In this document: in pieces, positions 17,435-30,107 of the stretch | Position numbering within the stretch: the first letter of the stretch is position 1 | Layout: the number at the start of each line of letters is the position of its first letter | Assembly (NCBI GenBank): GCA_049967475.1 | Contig: JBMFSQ010000026.1 | Coordinates: 1 to 48,152, forward strand | From: Chthonomonadales bacterium | GTDB lineage: Bacteria > Armatimonadota > Chthonomonadetes > Chthonomonadales > CAJBBX01 | Length of the DNA stretch: 48,152 nucleotides | Direction of reading: 5' to 3' | Translations under genes and position numbers: made by a program | Notes under the pieces: generated by a model | The model's input: only the letters and a program-made list of their open reading frames with translations | What the model was told of the DNA's origin: nothing | Databases searched by the model: none

Positions 17435-20143
17435 TCACGCCTGCCGCTTCAACGCGCGCTGCAATTCGTCCAGCTTCATGAGCGCTTCTACGGGCGTCAT
17501 CTCGGCCAGCTCGAGCTTCTCAAGCTCTTCCAGTACAGGGTGCATCTGCGCCTCGAACAGGGTGAGCTGCATCTTCTGCTTGCGCACGGAAACCTGAAGA
17601 GGCGTTGCGCCGTCGGCGGGCATTCCGGCGCCGCTATGCTCGAGGCCTTTAAGGATCTCTTGGGCCCGCGCTACTACTTCTGGGGGCACGCCCGCCATCC
17701 GAGCTACCTGGATGCCGTAGCTGCGGTCGGTTCCGCCGGGCACCAGCTTGTGCAGCCATACGATGCGCTCCCCCTGTTCTTTTACGGCCATGCGGTAATT
17801 CTTCACCGAGGGAAGCCGCCGCGCCAGATCGTTGAGATAGTGATAGTGCGTTGCGAAGAGTGTCCGGCAGCCGATTTGCGCGAGGTATTCCGCAACGGCC
17901 CACGCGATGGAAAGGCCGTCATACGTTGAGGTTCCCCGGCCGATTTCATCCAGGATTACCAAGCTGCGCGGCGTAGCGTTATTAAGGATGTTCGCCGTTT
18001 CGGACATCTCGACCATGAACGTAGATTGCCCCGTAGCCAGTTCGTCGTGGGCTCCCACCCGCGTGAAAATGCGGTCCACCACACCAATCTCAGCCTCATC
18101 TGCGGGAACGAAGCTCCCCATCTGAGCCATGATCACGATGAGGGCCACCTGGCGCAGCGCGGTAGATTTGCCGGACATATTCGGCCCTGTGATGATGTGG
18201 AGCCGGTTCTCGGAGCAATCCAGAAGGCAATCATTCGGCACGAAGGGGGCCAATCCTGGGATGCGCTCCACCACGGGGTGCCGGCCCGCCCGGATGCGTA
18301 TGACATCGCTCTCCGTAACCTTTGGCCGCACGTAATGCGATCGCACGGCGACCTCTGCCAAGGCTGCGGTAACGTCGAGCTCCGCAATTGCCCGAGCGCA
18401 CTGAAGCAGTACGCCCGATGCTTCCGCCACACGCTCCCGCACAGACGCGAAAAGGGTGTATTCCAGTTCCACCGACTTTTCGTCCGCTCGCAGAACTTTG
18501 TCTTCGTATTCCTTCAGCGCCTCCGTAATGAAGCGTTCACCCGAGGCCGTGGTCTGCTTCCGCCGGTAATCCGCAGGGACCTTGCTGAGGTGCGGTTTGG
18601 TGACTTCGATGAAGTATCCGAATACGGCGTTGTACCCAACCTTGAGGGACGGGATCCCTGTACGCTCGCGCTCCTTTCGCTCGAGTTCGGCGATCCAGGC
18701 GCGGCCTTCTGCGGCGAGCGAACGGAGGGCATCCAATTCTGCCGAGTAGCCCGGCTTGATGATGCCTCCGTCACGCGAGCCGGGTGGCGCGTCTGGGATG
18801 ATGGCATGGTCTATGAGCTCAGCGACGTCCGCAGGGGTAGCGGCATAGGCCACGCGCTGTTCGGCTAAGATAGGCACCGAACCCGGAGCCGGCGAAGGGC
18901 TCCCGAGCCTGCGGGAGATGTCTCGCAGCACTTCCGACTGCACATCGCGAAGGAGATCCCGCAGGATCGGCAGCCGCAAAAGCGATTCCTTGAGACCGAT
19001 CAGGTCCCGGGCGTTTGCGAGACTCGCCGCGCACCGAGACACGAGGCGTTCGATATCGTTCACGCTCCGCAAAGCTGCGCGCAAATCGGCCCTTAAGAGC
19101 TCTGACGACGCGAGCTCCTCCACGGCGTCCAGACGCTGGCGGATCTCGGCCGGATCCAGCAAAGGTTCCTCGATGCGCCGGCGCAGCAAGCGCCCACCCA
19201 TGGGCGTGAGGGTGTCGTCCAGTACGCCGAGCAGAGTTCTGGATCGCCCTCCATCACCGAGGCAACTCGTGAGTTCCAGATTGCGCCGGGCTACGCGGTC
19301 CAGCGATAAAAAGCCCGCGGTAGAATACGTAGAGAGCGATGTGATGTGAGCGAGGGCGTTCCCCTGTGTCTCCCGCAGGTAGTGCAGCACCATGGCTGCA
19401 GCTTCCAGACCCGTGGTGTATTCCTCGCATCCGAAGCCGCGCAGAGATTGCGTTCCGAAGTGCCTCAGCAAAACCTCACGCGGGTTCCGCAGGCCGCCGG
19501 CTTCGCGGGGAGAAAACAAGGTGACCGGCGCGCTGACGGCTTGCCTCAACATCTCAGCAAGCTCAGGTTGCGTAGCCGGAACCAGAACCTCGGCCGGCTC
19601 CAAGCGGCAGATTTCTTCGGTAAGCCGTTCTATCCGCTCTTCTCCGGCGAGTTCTGTGGTGAGAAATTCCCCGGTAGACACATCCACAACGCCAATCCCA
19701 GATGCTGGGTTTCCCACCACTGCAGCCACCAAGTAGTTGTTTGCACCGGCCTCAAGAAGAGCGTCTTCGAACACGGTGCCGGGCGACACCACCCGCGTGA
19801 CGCGCCGCTTTACGAGTCCCTTGGCTTGCTTGGGATCCTCCACTTGGTCCATGAGGGCCACGCGCAAACCGCTCTGAAGCAACCGGGCCACGTACCGCTC
19901 CACAGCGTGGTAGGGCACACCGGCCATGGGGACACGGCAGTCTCCGTCGTCTCGTGCGGTAAGGGTAATATTGAGCGTCGCCGCAATCGTCTCTGCATCT
20001 TCCCCGTAGGCTTCGTAGAAATCGCCCACGCGCATGAGGAGGATCACTCCCGGATGCTGCCTTCGGGCCCCGAAGTATTGCTGCATCAGGGGAGTGCGCG
20101 GCTTGTAGGTGCTTTCCTCACTGGTTGGAATTTGCGCCTGCAT
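17435..20143 (-). CDS. mutS: DNA mismatch repair protein MutS
   Basis: TPLMQQY, RVGDFYE, ITGPNMSGKST, STFMVEM, LDEIGRGTST, SYGIQVARMAG. Confidence 0.98.
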   Translation of the reverse strand: MQAQIPTSEESTYKPRTPLMQQYFGARRQHPGVILLMRVGDFYEAYGEDAETIAATLNITLTARDDGDCRVPMAGVPYHAVERYVARLLQSGLRVALMDQVEDPKQAKGLVKRRVTRVVSPGTVFEDALLEAGANNYLVAAVVGNPASGIGVVDVSTGEFLTTELAGEERIERLTEEICRLEPAEVLVPATQPELAEMLRQAVSAPVTLFSPREAGGLRNPREVLLRHFGTQSLRGFGCEEYTTGLEAAAMVLHYLRETQGNALAHITSLSTYSTAGFLSLDRVARRNLELTSCLGDGGRSRTLLGVLDDTLTPMGGRLLRRRIEEPLLDPAEIRQRLDAVEELASSELLRADLRAALRSVNDIERLVSRCAASLANARDLIGLKESLLRLPILRDLLRDVQSEVLRDISRRLGSPSPAPGSVPILAEQRVAYAATPADVAELIDHAIIPDAPPGSRDGGIIKPGYSAELDALRSLAAEGRAWIAELERKERERTGIPSLKVGYNAVFGYFIEVTKPHLSKVPADYRRKQTTASGERFITEALKEYEDKVLRADEKSVELEYTLFASVRERVAEASGVLLQCARAIAELDVTAALAEVAVRSHYVRPKVTESDVIRIRAGRHPVVERIPGLAPFVPNDCLLDCSENRLHIITGPNMSGKSTALRQVALIVIMAQMGSFVPADEAEIGVVDRIFTRVGAHDELATGQSTFMVEMSETANILNNATPRSLVILDEIGRGTSTYDGLSIAWAVAEYLAQIGCRTLFATHYHYLNDLARRLPSVKNYRMAVKEQGERIVWLHKLVPGGTDRSYGIQVARMAGVPPEVVARAQEILKGLEHSGAGMPADGATPLQVSVRKQKMQLTLFEAQMHPVLEELEKLELAEMTPVEALMKLDELQRALKRQA

Positions 20144-20227
20144 ATGGGGAAGTATACCGAATACCGATGAGGCCGTGGACCGGATTGCATCCCGCAGAAA
20201 CCCTGGGGCGTCCGCTCCGCCAGCCCA

Positions 20228-21367
20228 TCACGCGAGGGTCTTTCGGAACCTGGAGCCGGCCGCGGCCAGAAGCAGGATGCTCAACACCACGAGGGCACCG
20301 AAGCTTGCTTCGAGATCTCCGAATCCGGCGCCCCGAACGATGACGCCGCGCAGGATATTCAAGAAGAACGTCACCGGAATAAAGTGACTGAGCAGGTAGA
20401 TGGCGCCAGGCATCGTCTCTCTCGGGAAGACGAACCCCGACATGAGGATGGAGGGAAGCGTAATGAGCAGGGTGAATTGCAGAGCCTGCGCCTGGTTTCG
20501 CGCAACCGTGCTGATGAGAAGCCCCAGCGAAAGCGAGGCTACGATAAAGGGGATGCTCAGGCCCAAAAGGAGCCAAACATCCCCAACGATCCGCACGTCA
20601 AAAACCGTCCAGCCTACGTAGAGCACGGTTCCCATCTCAAAAAAGGCCAGCAGCGCGTAGGGGCTCACCTTTCCCAAAATGAGACCCAGCCGGCCCACAG
20701 GGCTTACCATCAACTGCTCCAACGTGCCGAGCTCGCGTTCCCGCACGATGCTGAATGCCGTAAGGGCGATCGTAACAAGCTGCATGATCACCCCGATGAG
20801 GCCCGGGATCATAAAGATCTGTGTGCGCATCGCCGGATTGAACACCACATTGACCCGAGCATCAACGGGCCATGGCTGCGTGTCTATGCGCTTGATGCCC
20901 GGTCCGCTGCCGGCATCCTTGATGCGGTGCGGCGAAAAGCGGGCACGTTGCCCGCCGAGAAGGGCCATCTGAGCGCGAATGGCCACCTGGCTGTCGCTAC
21001 CGTCAATGAGCACGCGCACCTGGGGGATCGTTCGTCCCAAAACCTGCCGCTCGAAACCCGGCGGCACAACAACCACAACCCTCACCGCTCCGCTGCGAAG
21101 CGCCGCCTCCGCCTCTCCTGTTGCGGCAGGCTCCATCACCGGATCCAGATATTGGGTATTGCGAAGGGATGCTATGTAGCGGCGGCTCTCCGGGGAACGG
21201 TCCAGATCCACGACAGCGGTAGCGATATGGCGCACATCGAAGTCTATGGCAAACCCGAAGAGCGTCAGTTGCACCATGGGGATGACCAGTGCGATAACCA
21301 GATACGTAGGATCCCGAACAAGGTGCAGGATCTCTTTCCGGAAGATGCTCAAATAGCCCCGCATCAT
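20228..21367 (-). CDS. ABC-2 type exporter permease (YbhR/S-like)
   Basis: FRKEILHLVRD, VVDLDRSPESR, LIDGSDS, SIVRERELGTLEQLMVSP, SGFVFPRETMP. Confidence 0.92.
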   Translation of the reverse strand: MMRGYLSIFRKEILHLVRDPTYLVIALVIPMVQLTLFGFAIDFDVRHIATAVVDLDRSPESRRYIASLRNTQYLDPVMEPAATGEAEAALRSGAVRVVVVVPPGFERQVLGRTIPQVRVLIDGSDSQVAIRAQMALLGGQRARFSPHRIKDAGSGPGIKRIDTQPWPVDARVNVVFNPAMRTQIFMIPGLIGVIMQLVTIALTAFSIVRERELGTLEQLMVSPVGRLGLILGKVSPYALLAFFEMGTVLYVGWTVFDVRIVGDVWLLLGLSIPFIVASLSLGLLISTVARNQAQALQFTLLITLPSILMSGFVFPRETMPGAIYLLSHFIPVTFFLNILRGVIVRGAGFGDLEASFGALVVLSILLLAAAGSRFRKTLA

Positions 21368-22314
21368 CGTGCGGGTCCCTCCTGCGCAGCTTCCTCGGCC
21401 AGCGCTACGAAGACGTCCTCGAGCGAGGGTTCTACAGGCTCCACGCGCGCCCCGGGCAAACCCGCCGCGTCCAGGATGGCGCCGATCGCAGCGTCTGATA
21501 CATCGGCCGACACGGTGAGGCGCACTTCAGACTCCCGCAACGTAGCAGACTGGGTGAATGGCGCATCCTTGAGGATGGCCAGAGCCCTAGCCGGTGCGGA
21601 CGTGGCCACGGTCACGCGGCGCCGGTCCGGCGGGGACACCTGAGGCAACGCTTTCAGCTCGCTCGGAGTTCCACAGGCAATGAGGCGCGAAAGATAAAGG
21701 TAACCCACAGCGCTGCACCTCTCGGCCTCGTCCATGTAGTGCGTCGTGACGAAGAGCGTGCGCCCCCGCGCCGCCAGGTCGAAGAGCAGATCCCACAACT
21801 GGCGCCTGGCCACCGGGTCTATGCCCGATGTGGGCTCGTCGAGAAACAGAAGATCGGGGTCGTGGATCAGCGCTGCAGCCAGGGCCAACCTCTGCCTCCA
21901 TCCGCCAGAGAGATCAGCCGCCCGCCTGTGGGAATAGGGCCCCAGCCCAAGAAGGTCGGTGACCTCCGCCTGCCGCGAGCGCAACTGCCGGCGGGTGAGG
22001 CCATAGATGGACCCAAAGAAGGCTAGGTTCTCCTTCACCGTAAGATCGCGGTAAAGGCTGAAGGACTGGTTCATGTATCCGATGGTGCGTTTGATCTCTT
22101 CGGATTGGCGCACGATGTCGAAACCGTTCACCACGGCGCGGCCGGCCGTAGGCTCCAAAAGACCGCAGAACATGCGGATGCACGTGCTCTTTCCGCTCCC
22201 ATTGGGCCCCAGAAAACCGAAGATGGAACCACGTTCCACCTTCAGATCCAGATGGTCCACGGCGAGTACGGAACCGAACCTTCTGGTTAACCCTTGAGCT
22301 TCGATGGCAAGCAT
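21364..22314 (-). CDS. ABC exporter ATP-binding protein
   Basis: GPNGSGKST, LSGGWRQR, LFLDEPTSGIDP, TTHYMDEA. Start placed at MLAIEAQGL. Confidence 0.95.
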   Translation of the reverse strand: MLAIEAQGLTRRFGSVLAVDHLDLKVERGSIFGFLGPNGSGKSTCIRMFCGLLEPTAGRAVVNGFDIVRQSEEIKRTIGYMNQSFSLYRDLTVKENLAFFGSIYGLTRRQLRSRQAEVTDLLGLGPYSHRRAADLSGGWRQRLALAAALIHDPDLLFLDEPTSGIDPVARRQLWDLLFDLAARGRTLFVTTHYMDEAERCSAVGYLYLSRLIACGTPSELKALPQVSPPDRRRVTVATSAPARALAILKDAPFTQSATLRESEVRLTVSADVSDAAIGAILDAAGLPGARVEPVEPSLEDVFVALAEEAAQEGPAR

Positions 22315-22378
22315 GGCAGCCGCGTGTCCCATGCAAGGAATGGATTGTAGCCGCGGTTTCTGGCCTGGGAGCGATGCA

Positions 22379-23836
22379 TCAATAGACCCTGTTGCCCAGG
22401 CGTCGCACAGAGGCCGCCATCCCGGGCTTGACCCTGGCATCGGGAAGCGCAAGCCGCAGTCGGACCGCGAACACCTGTTTGCCGCGTTCTTCGGGCGTTT
22501 GCAGGTTCGCAGGCGTGAATTCTCCCATGGAAGACACGCTTGCAACCACAGCATGCACCGTACCCCGAATGCCGTCTACCTGCAGCTCTGCAGGGACACC
22601 CGGATGAATGGCCGCCAGGTCTTTCTCGGGCACGTACACGCGCAACCAGAGGTTGTTTGGATCCTGCAACCGGGCGACGACCCCTCCAGGCGGCACAAGA
22701 TCGCCGACGGCCACGAGCATGCGCTCTACCACGCCGGAGAACGGAGCGCGCACCACCTCTTCGGCCTGGTTGGCGGCTGCAGCATGGGCGCGGGCACTGG
22801 CGGCCAGCCTTTGGTACCGCGCCTGGGCCAACGCCTCCGCACGTGTTCCGTGCCGAAGTTCGATCAATACAGCGCGCGCCTCGGCAACTCTGGCGCGAGC
22901 CGCTGCAATATCTTCCGGGCGAGAGCCCCTCAAAAACAGTTCCAAACCCGCCGTGGCGGCGGCCACACGAGCAGCGGCAGCGCGCTTCTCCTCCGGGCGT
23001 GTGCCGGCCAGCAGAAGGTTCAGGGAAGCCTGGGCTTCTTTGTATGCCTCCCGCGCCTGGTTCAATTCCTCTGCGGGAGTGCCGCGTTCACCGCGCGTCC
23101 AGGCCTCTTCGGCCTCTTTCCTGCGCGCCGTGGCGACGCGGGCGGCCGCGGCCGCCGTGTCCAGATATTGTTTGCTCACCGCGCCTTCTGCATAAAGCTT
23201 CTGGGCACGCACCAGATCTGCCTGAGCAAGGATCGCCTGCGCCGCCGAAGCATCGAGCTTTGCCTTCAGTTCGGAGCGCTCCTCCTGAGTGAGCCCTCGC
23301 TCCGCCGCTGCGAGCCGCGCTTGCGCGAGGCGTTCCACAGCTCGTGCGCGGGCTATCTCTTCCTTGCGCGGGCCGGCAACTGCTTCTTCGTAAAGCGCCT
23401 CAGCCTCCCGCAGCTTCCCGCGAGCTGCAGCAATCTCCTCTTCCCTGGGTCCCTTCAGCGCCTTGTCGAGAGCAGCTTGGGCTTCCGCCAAGACGGCAAT
23501 CTGTTTGGCTATCTCCTCCTTTCGCGGACCGTGCAGGGCCATTTCCCATGCAGCGCGCGCGGCTCCGGCTTCCCATTCCTGCGCCGCTGTCTGGTCGCGG
23601 GCGGCACGGGCTTCGAGCACCACAATGGCTTGCCCTTCGGCCACACGCTGGCCTTCTTCCGCCAGGATCCGGGCCACACGACCGCCCAAACGCGTGGCTG
23701 CATCGGTAGGCTCCGCCTCGAAGACACCCGACAGCCTGCTTCGCTCACGCTGGCGGAACGCATCCACGTACCAGCCGCCGAATCCCAGCCCGGCTACAAC
23801 AACTAAGACACCTGCCATGCGAAGAACCCAGCTCAT
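22379..23836 (-). CDS. HlyD-family membrane fusion protein with an extended alpha-hairpin
   Basis: N-terminal TM; lipoyl halves LGGRVARILAEEGQRV and VRAPFSGVV..GDLV; EFTPANLQT; VKPGMAA. Confidence 0.92.
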   Translation of the reverse strand: MSWVLRMAGVLVVVAGLGFGGWYVDAFRQRERSRLSGVFEAEPTDAATRLGGRVARILAEEGQRVAEGQAIVVLEARAARDQTAAQEWEAGAARAAWEMALHGPRKEEIAKQIAVLAEAQAALDKALKGPREEEIAAARGKLREAEALYEEAVAGPRKEEIARARAVERLAQARLAAAERGLTQEERSELKAKLDASAAQAILAQADLVRAQKLYAEGAVSKQYLDTAAAAARVATARRKEAEEAWTRGERGTPAEELNQAREAYKEAQASLNLLLAGTRPEEKRAAAARVAAATAGLELFLRGSRPEDIAAARARVAEARAVLIELRHGTRAEALAQARYQRLAASARAHAAAANQAEEVVRAPFSGVVERMLVAVGDLVPPGGVVARLQDPNNLWLRVYVPEKDLAAIHPGVPAELQVDGIRGTVHAVVASVSSMGEFTPANLQTPEERGKQVFAVRLRLALPDARVKPGMAASVRRLGNRVY

Positions 23837-24064
23837 AGAGCGCCTTCTACAGACATACGTTTCCTCGCATCCTACAATTCGCGGGAGGACCGGCAATTCC
23901 CTAGATTGGGGGCAAAACCGCTTTTAGGGATCACCCGCTCCGGGAGCATGCCGTAACGAGTAGCAGCAGAGGATCGGCCAGGCAATACGGATACGATCGC
24001 GGTTGCAAACGCAATCGGCTGGACCTCCGCGCGGCGCTTTGCCTCAAACAGCCTTTCCGCGGGG

Positions 24065-25408
24065 CTAGAGGCAGATCTCACCCTTGAAGCCCCACAGATG
24101 CGCCTCCGTTGCGCGCACGGGCACCAGCTTCCCCACGAACTCCCGGCTCGCCGCAAATACCATGGTCCGGAAGCACGACGTACGCCCGGTGAGCACCGCG
24201 GGATCTCTCGGGCTCGGACCCTCCACCAAAACCTCGAACGTCCTGCCGACTAGCGATTGGTGCTTTTCGACGACGATGGCGTTCACCCGGGCGATTAGGC
24301 GGTTAAGGCGATCCACCTTGACTTCGCGCGGGATCTGGTTCGGCATAGATGCAGCCTTGGTGCCCGGGCGGGGAGAGAAGGCAAACATAAAGGCTCCGTC
24401 GAAGCGCACTTCCTCCACAAAGTTGAGCGTGTTGAGGAATTGGGCCTCGGTTTCGCCAGGGAAACCGACCATGAGGTCCGTGGTAATCGAGATATCGGGC
24501 ATCGCCTGCCGAAGCTGGGACACGATGATGCGGTACTGCGCCACCGTATATCCCCTGTGCATGGCGAGAAGAACTGCATCATCGGCGGATTGCAGGGGCA
24601 GATGCACATGCCGGCAGACTTTGGGCAGGCGGGCCATTGCGCCGATGAGCTCTTCGGTGAAATCTTTTGGATAAGGCGAGGTAAACCGGATGCGCTGAAT
24701 GCCCCGGATTTCGCTGATGCGCTCTAAGAGGCGCGCGAAGGTCATCCGCTGGCCCGGCAAATTCCTGCCGTAAGAATTTACAGTCTGCCCAAGCAGGGTT
24801 ACCTCCCTGGTACCCGAGTGTGCCAGCATCTGGATCTCAGCGAGGATCTCTTCCGGCGGGCGGCTTCGCTCTCTGCCCCGCGTCAAGGGCACGATGCAGA
24901 AGGTGCAGAACTTGTCGCAGCCATACATGATCGGCACATGCGCCTTCAACTTCGGCTTGCGCTGGAGGGACCGAACGGGAACATCCGCCACGCGGGATCC
25001 CTTGCGCGGGGGCAGATCCAGCGCAGACACAAGGCCCGGCGCCTCGCGTGCCTGCACAGCCCGCAGAAGCTGCGGCAACTTGCCTATGGCGCCGGTCCCC
25101 ATGACGAAATCCACGCACGGGGCTCTTCGCCTGATCTGCTCACTCTGCACCTGGGCCATGCACCCGCACACCCCTACAATCAGATCGGGCCGGCGTTCCT
25201 TCAATGCGGCCAGTTCCCCCAGTTTGCTGTAGACCTTCTCCTCAGGCTTGAGCCGCACCGAACACGTGTTCAGAAGTACCACCTGGGCCTGGTCCGGGTT
25301 CGACACCGGCTGGTAGCCCATGGCCTCCAATTGCAAGGCCATCTGCTCAGTGTCCTCTTCATTCATCTGGCAACCCCAGGTGAAAATGGTGTAACCCGGC
25401 TTCTCCAT
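24065..25408 (-). CDS. miaB: tRNA-2-methylthio-N6-dimethylallyladenosine synthase MiaB
   Basis: TWGCQMN, NTCSVR, GCMAQ, GCDKFCTFC, C-terminal TRAM domain. GGAGGA RBS before ATG 25408; TGCTATAAT at 25478-25470. Confidence 0.95.
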   Translation of the reverse strand: MEKPGYTIFTWGCQMNEEDTEQMALQLEAMGYQPVSNPDQAQVVLLNTCSVRLKPEEKVYSKLGELAALKERRPDLIVGVCGCMAQVQSEQIRRRAPCVDFVMGTGAIGKLPQLLRAVQAREAPGLVSALDLPPRKGSRVADVPVRSLQRKPKLKAHVPIMYGCDKFCTFCIVPLTRGRERSRPPEEILAEIQMLAHSGTREVTLLGQTVNSYGRNLPGQRMTFARLLERISEIRGIQRIRFTSPYPKDFTEELIGAMARLPKVCRHVHLPLQSADDAVLLAMHRGYTVAQYRIIVSQLRQAMPDISITTDLMVGFPGETEAQFLNTLNFVEEVRFDGAFMFAFSPRPGTKAASMPNQIPREVKVDRLNRLIARVNAIVVEKHQSLVGRTFEVLVEGPSPRDPAVLTGRTSCFRTMVFAASREFVGKLVPVRATEAHLWGFKGEICL

Positions 25409-25616
25409 GAAGCGTCCTCCAAGCTCTGCACCCAATCCCGAGATCTGCCGAGATTAGGGGGCACCGACTATTATAGCAAACGGCCCCCTGCGCCGTTCCA
25501 CCGGGCCGCATCGCCGCTATTGTTGGTGCGCAGAACAGGCCAGGGGCCAACCTCTCTCATGTGAACGGTTGTTTCATGTTATACTTTTCTCAGCCCTGGT
25601 TCTCAGGAGGTGCCCC

Positions 25617-28993
<3,377 letters not shown>

Positions 28994-29149
28994 GCGCTGC
29001 CCAGCACCAGTTTGGGTTTTTTGATGCACTTGCCTGTTACTGTTTCGTCCGTCCGCCGTCCATGGACAGTGGAAGCAGGCCGGAGGAGAGCGCCCGGCCT
29101 GGCCAATCCTCGCATCCGCAACCAGATGCACATCCAAGGAGAAGCTAGA

Positions 29150-29857
29150 ATGAAGCGGACGATCAGTTTTGCCGTGCTGCTAGCCGTTGCCGTATGCAGC
29201 GCATGGGCTCAGGGACCAGGCGGACCCGGCGGGCGCCGAGACTTTATGGGCGGCCCCATGGGCGGCGGATTGATGCTTTTGAACATCCCTGAAGTCCAAA
29301 AAGAACTCAAGATGACCCAGCCCCAGATCGAGAAGCTCCAGGCCAAGATGCAGGAAGTGCGTCAGAGCATGCGGGAGCTCATGCAAGGGGCGGGCGGCCC
29401 GCAAGCCTTCGGCAACATGTCCAACGAGGAGCGGCAAAAGCTCTTCGCCAAAATGGCCGAGATCAGCAACAAAGCCGCGGCGGACATTCTGGACACCACT
29501 CAGCTAAAGCGCTTCAAACAGCTCGAGATCCAGCGCCAAGGTGCCCAGGCGTTCCGCAATCCCGAGGTGGTCAATGCCCTCCAGCTCACCCAGGAGCAGA
29601 ACGACAAGATCGCCGGCGTTTTGCGGGACATGATGCAGGCGATGCGTGATGCCATGCAAGGCGTAGATTTCCGCAACATGACCGATGACGACCGCGCGAA
29701 GCTTCAGGCCACCCAGAAGCGCGTATCCGACGAGGCGATGAGCAAGATCCAGGCGATCCTCAGCGATGCACAAAAGGCCAAATGGAAGGAAATGACCGGA
29801 GCGCCCTTCACCTTCCCTGCGTTTCGGATGCCCGGGGGACGTCGCCCAGCAGCCTGA
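29150..29857 (+). CDS. Secreted Spy/CpxP-like (LTxxQ-repeat) helical protein
   Basis: Signal peptide, Gly-rich linker and repeats LKMTQPQ, ILDTTQ, LQLTQEQ, ILSDAQ. AAGGAG RBS before ATG 29150. Confidence 0.8.
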   Translation: MKRTISFAVLLAVAVCSAWAQGPGGPGGRRDFMGGPMGGGLMLLNIPEVQKELKMTQPQIEKLQAKMQEVRQSMRELMQGAGGPQAFGNMSNEERQKLFAKMAEISNKAAADILDTTQLKRFKQLEIQRQGAQAFRNPEVVNALQLTQEQNDKIAGVLRDMMQAMRDAMQGVDFRNMTDDDRAKLQATQKRVSDEAMSKIQAILSDAQKAKWKEMTGAPFTFPAFRMPGGRRPAA

Positions 29858-29881
29858 AACCGTACAAGCAGCTCGGTGGTT

Positions 29882-29920
29882 AAGAGCCATGCCGGAGGAG
29901 CCGCCCGGCATGGCTCTTTT
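29882..29920 (+). terminator. Rho-independent terminator
   Basis: AAGAGCCATGCCGG / CCGGCATGGCTCTT stem followed by Ts, just after the stop at 29857. Confidence 0.8.
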
Positions 29921-30107
29921 GCTTCACCCGGATGCGGATGCCGCAACTACAGCACGGAAACCGGGAACCGGGTGCGACCGCGGCCGGTCATTTGGAAGCA
30001 CAAGGGATCTCCGTGCCTGCGAACGCAAGCGGGCTCTCGAAGCGGCGTAGCGTGCCTTGGGGCTGATTTGCTACAATGACACAGAAGCCGGCCGGAGAAT
30101 ACGTCTT

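Noticed and set aside
29000..29022. Terminator after ahcY
   Set aside because: A T-run is present but the stem is only 4-5 bp, too weak to call.
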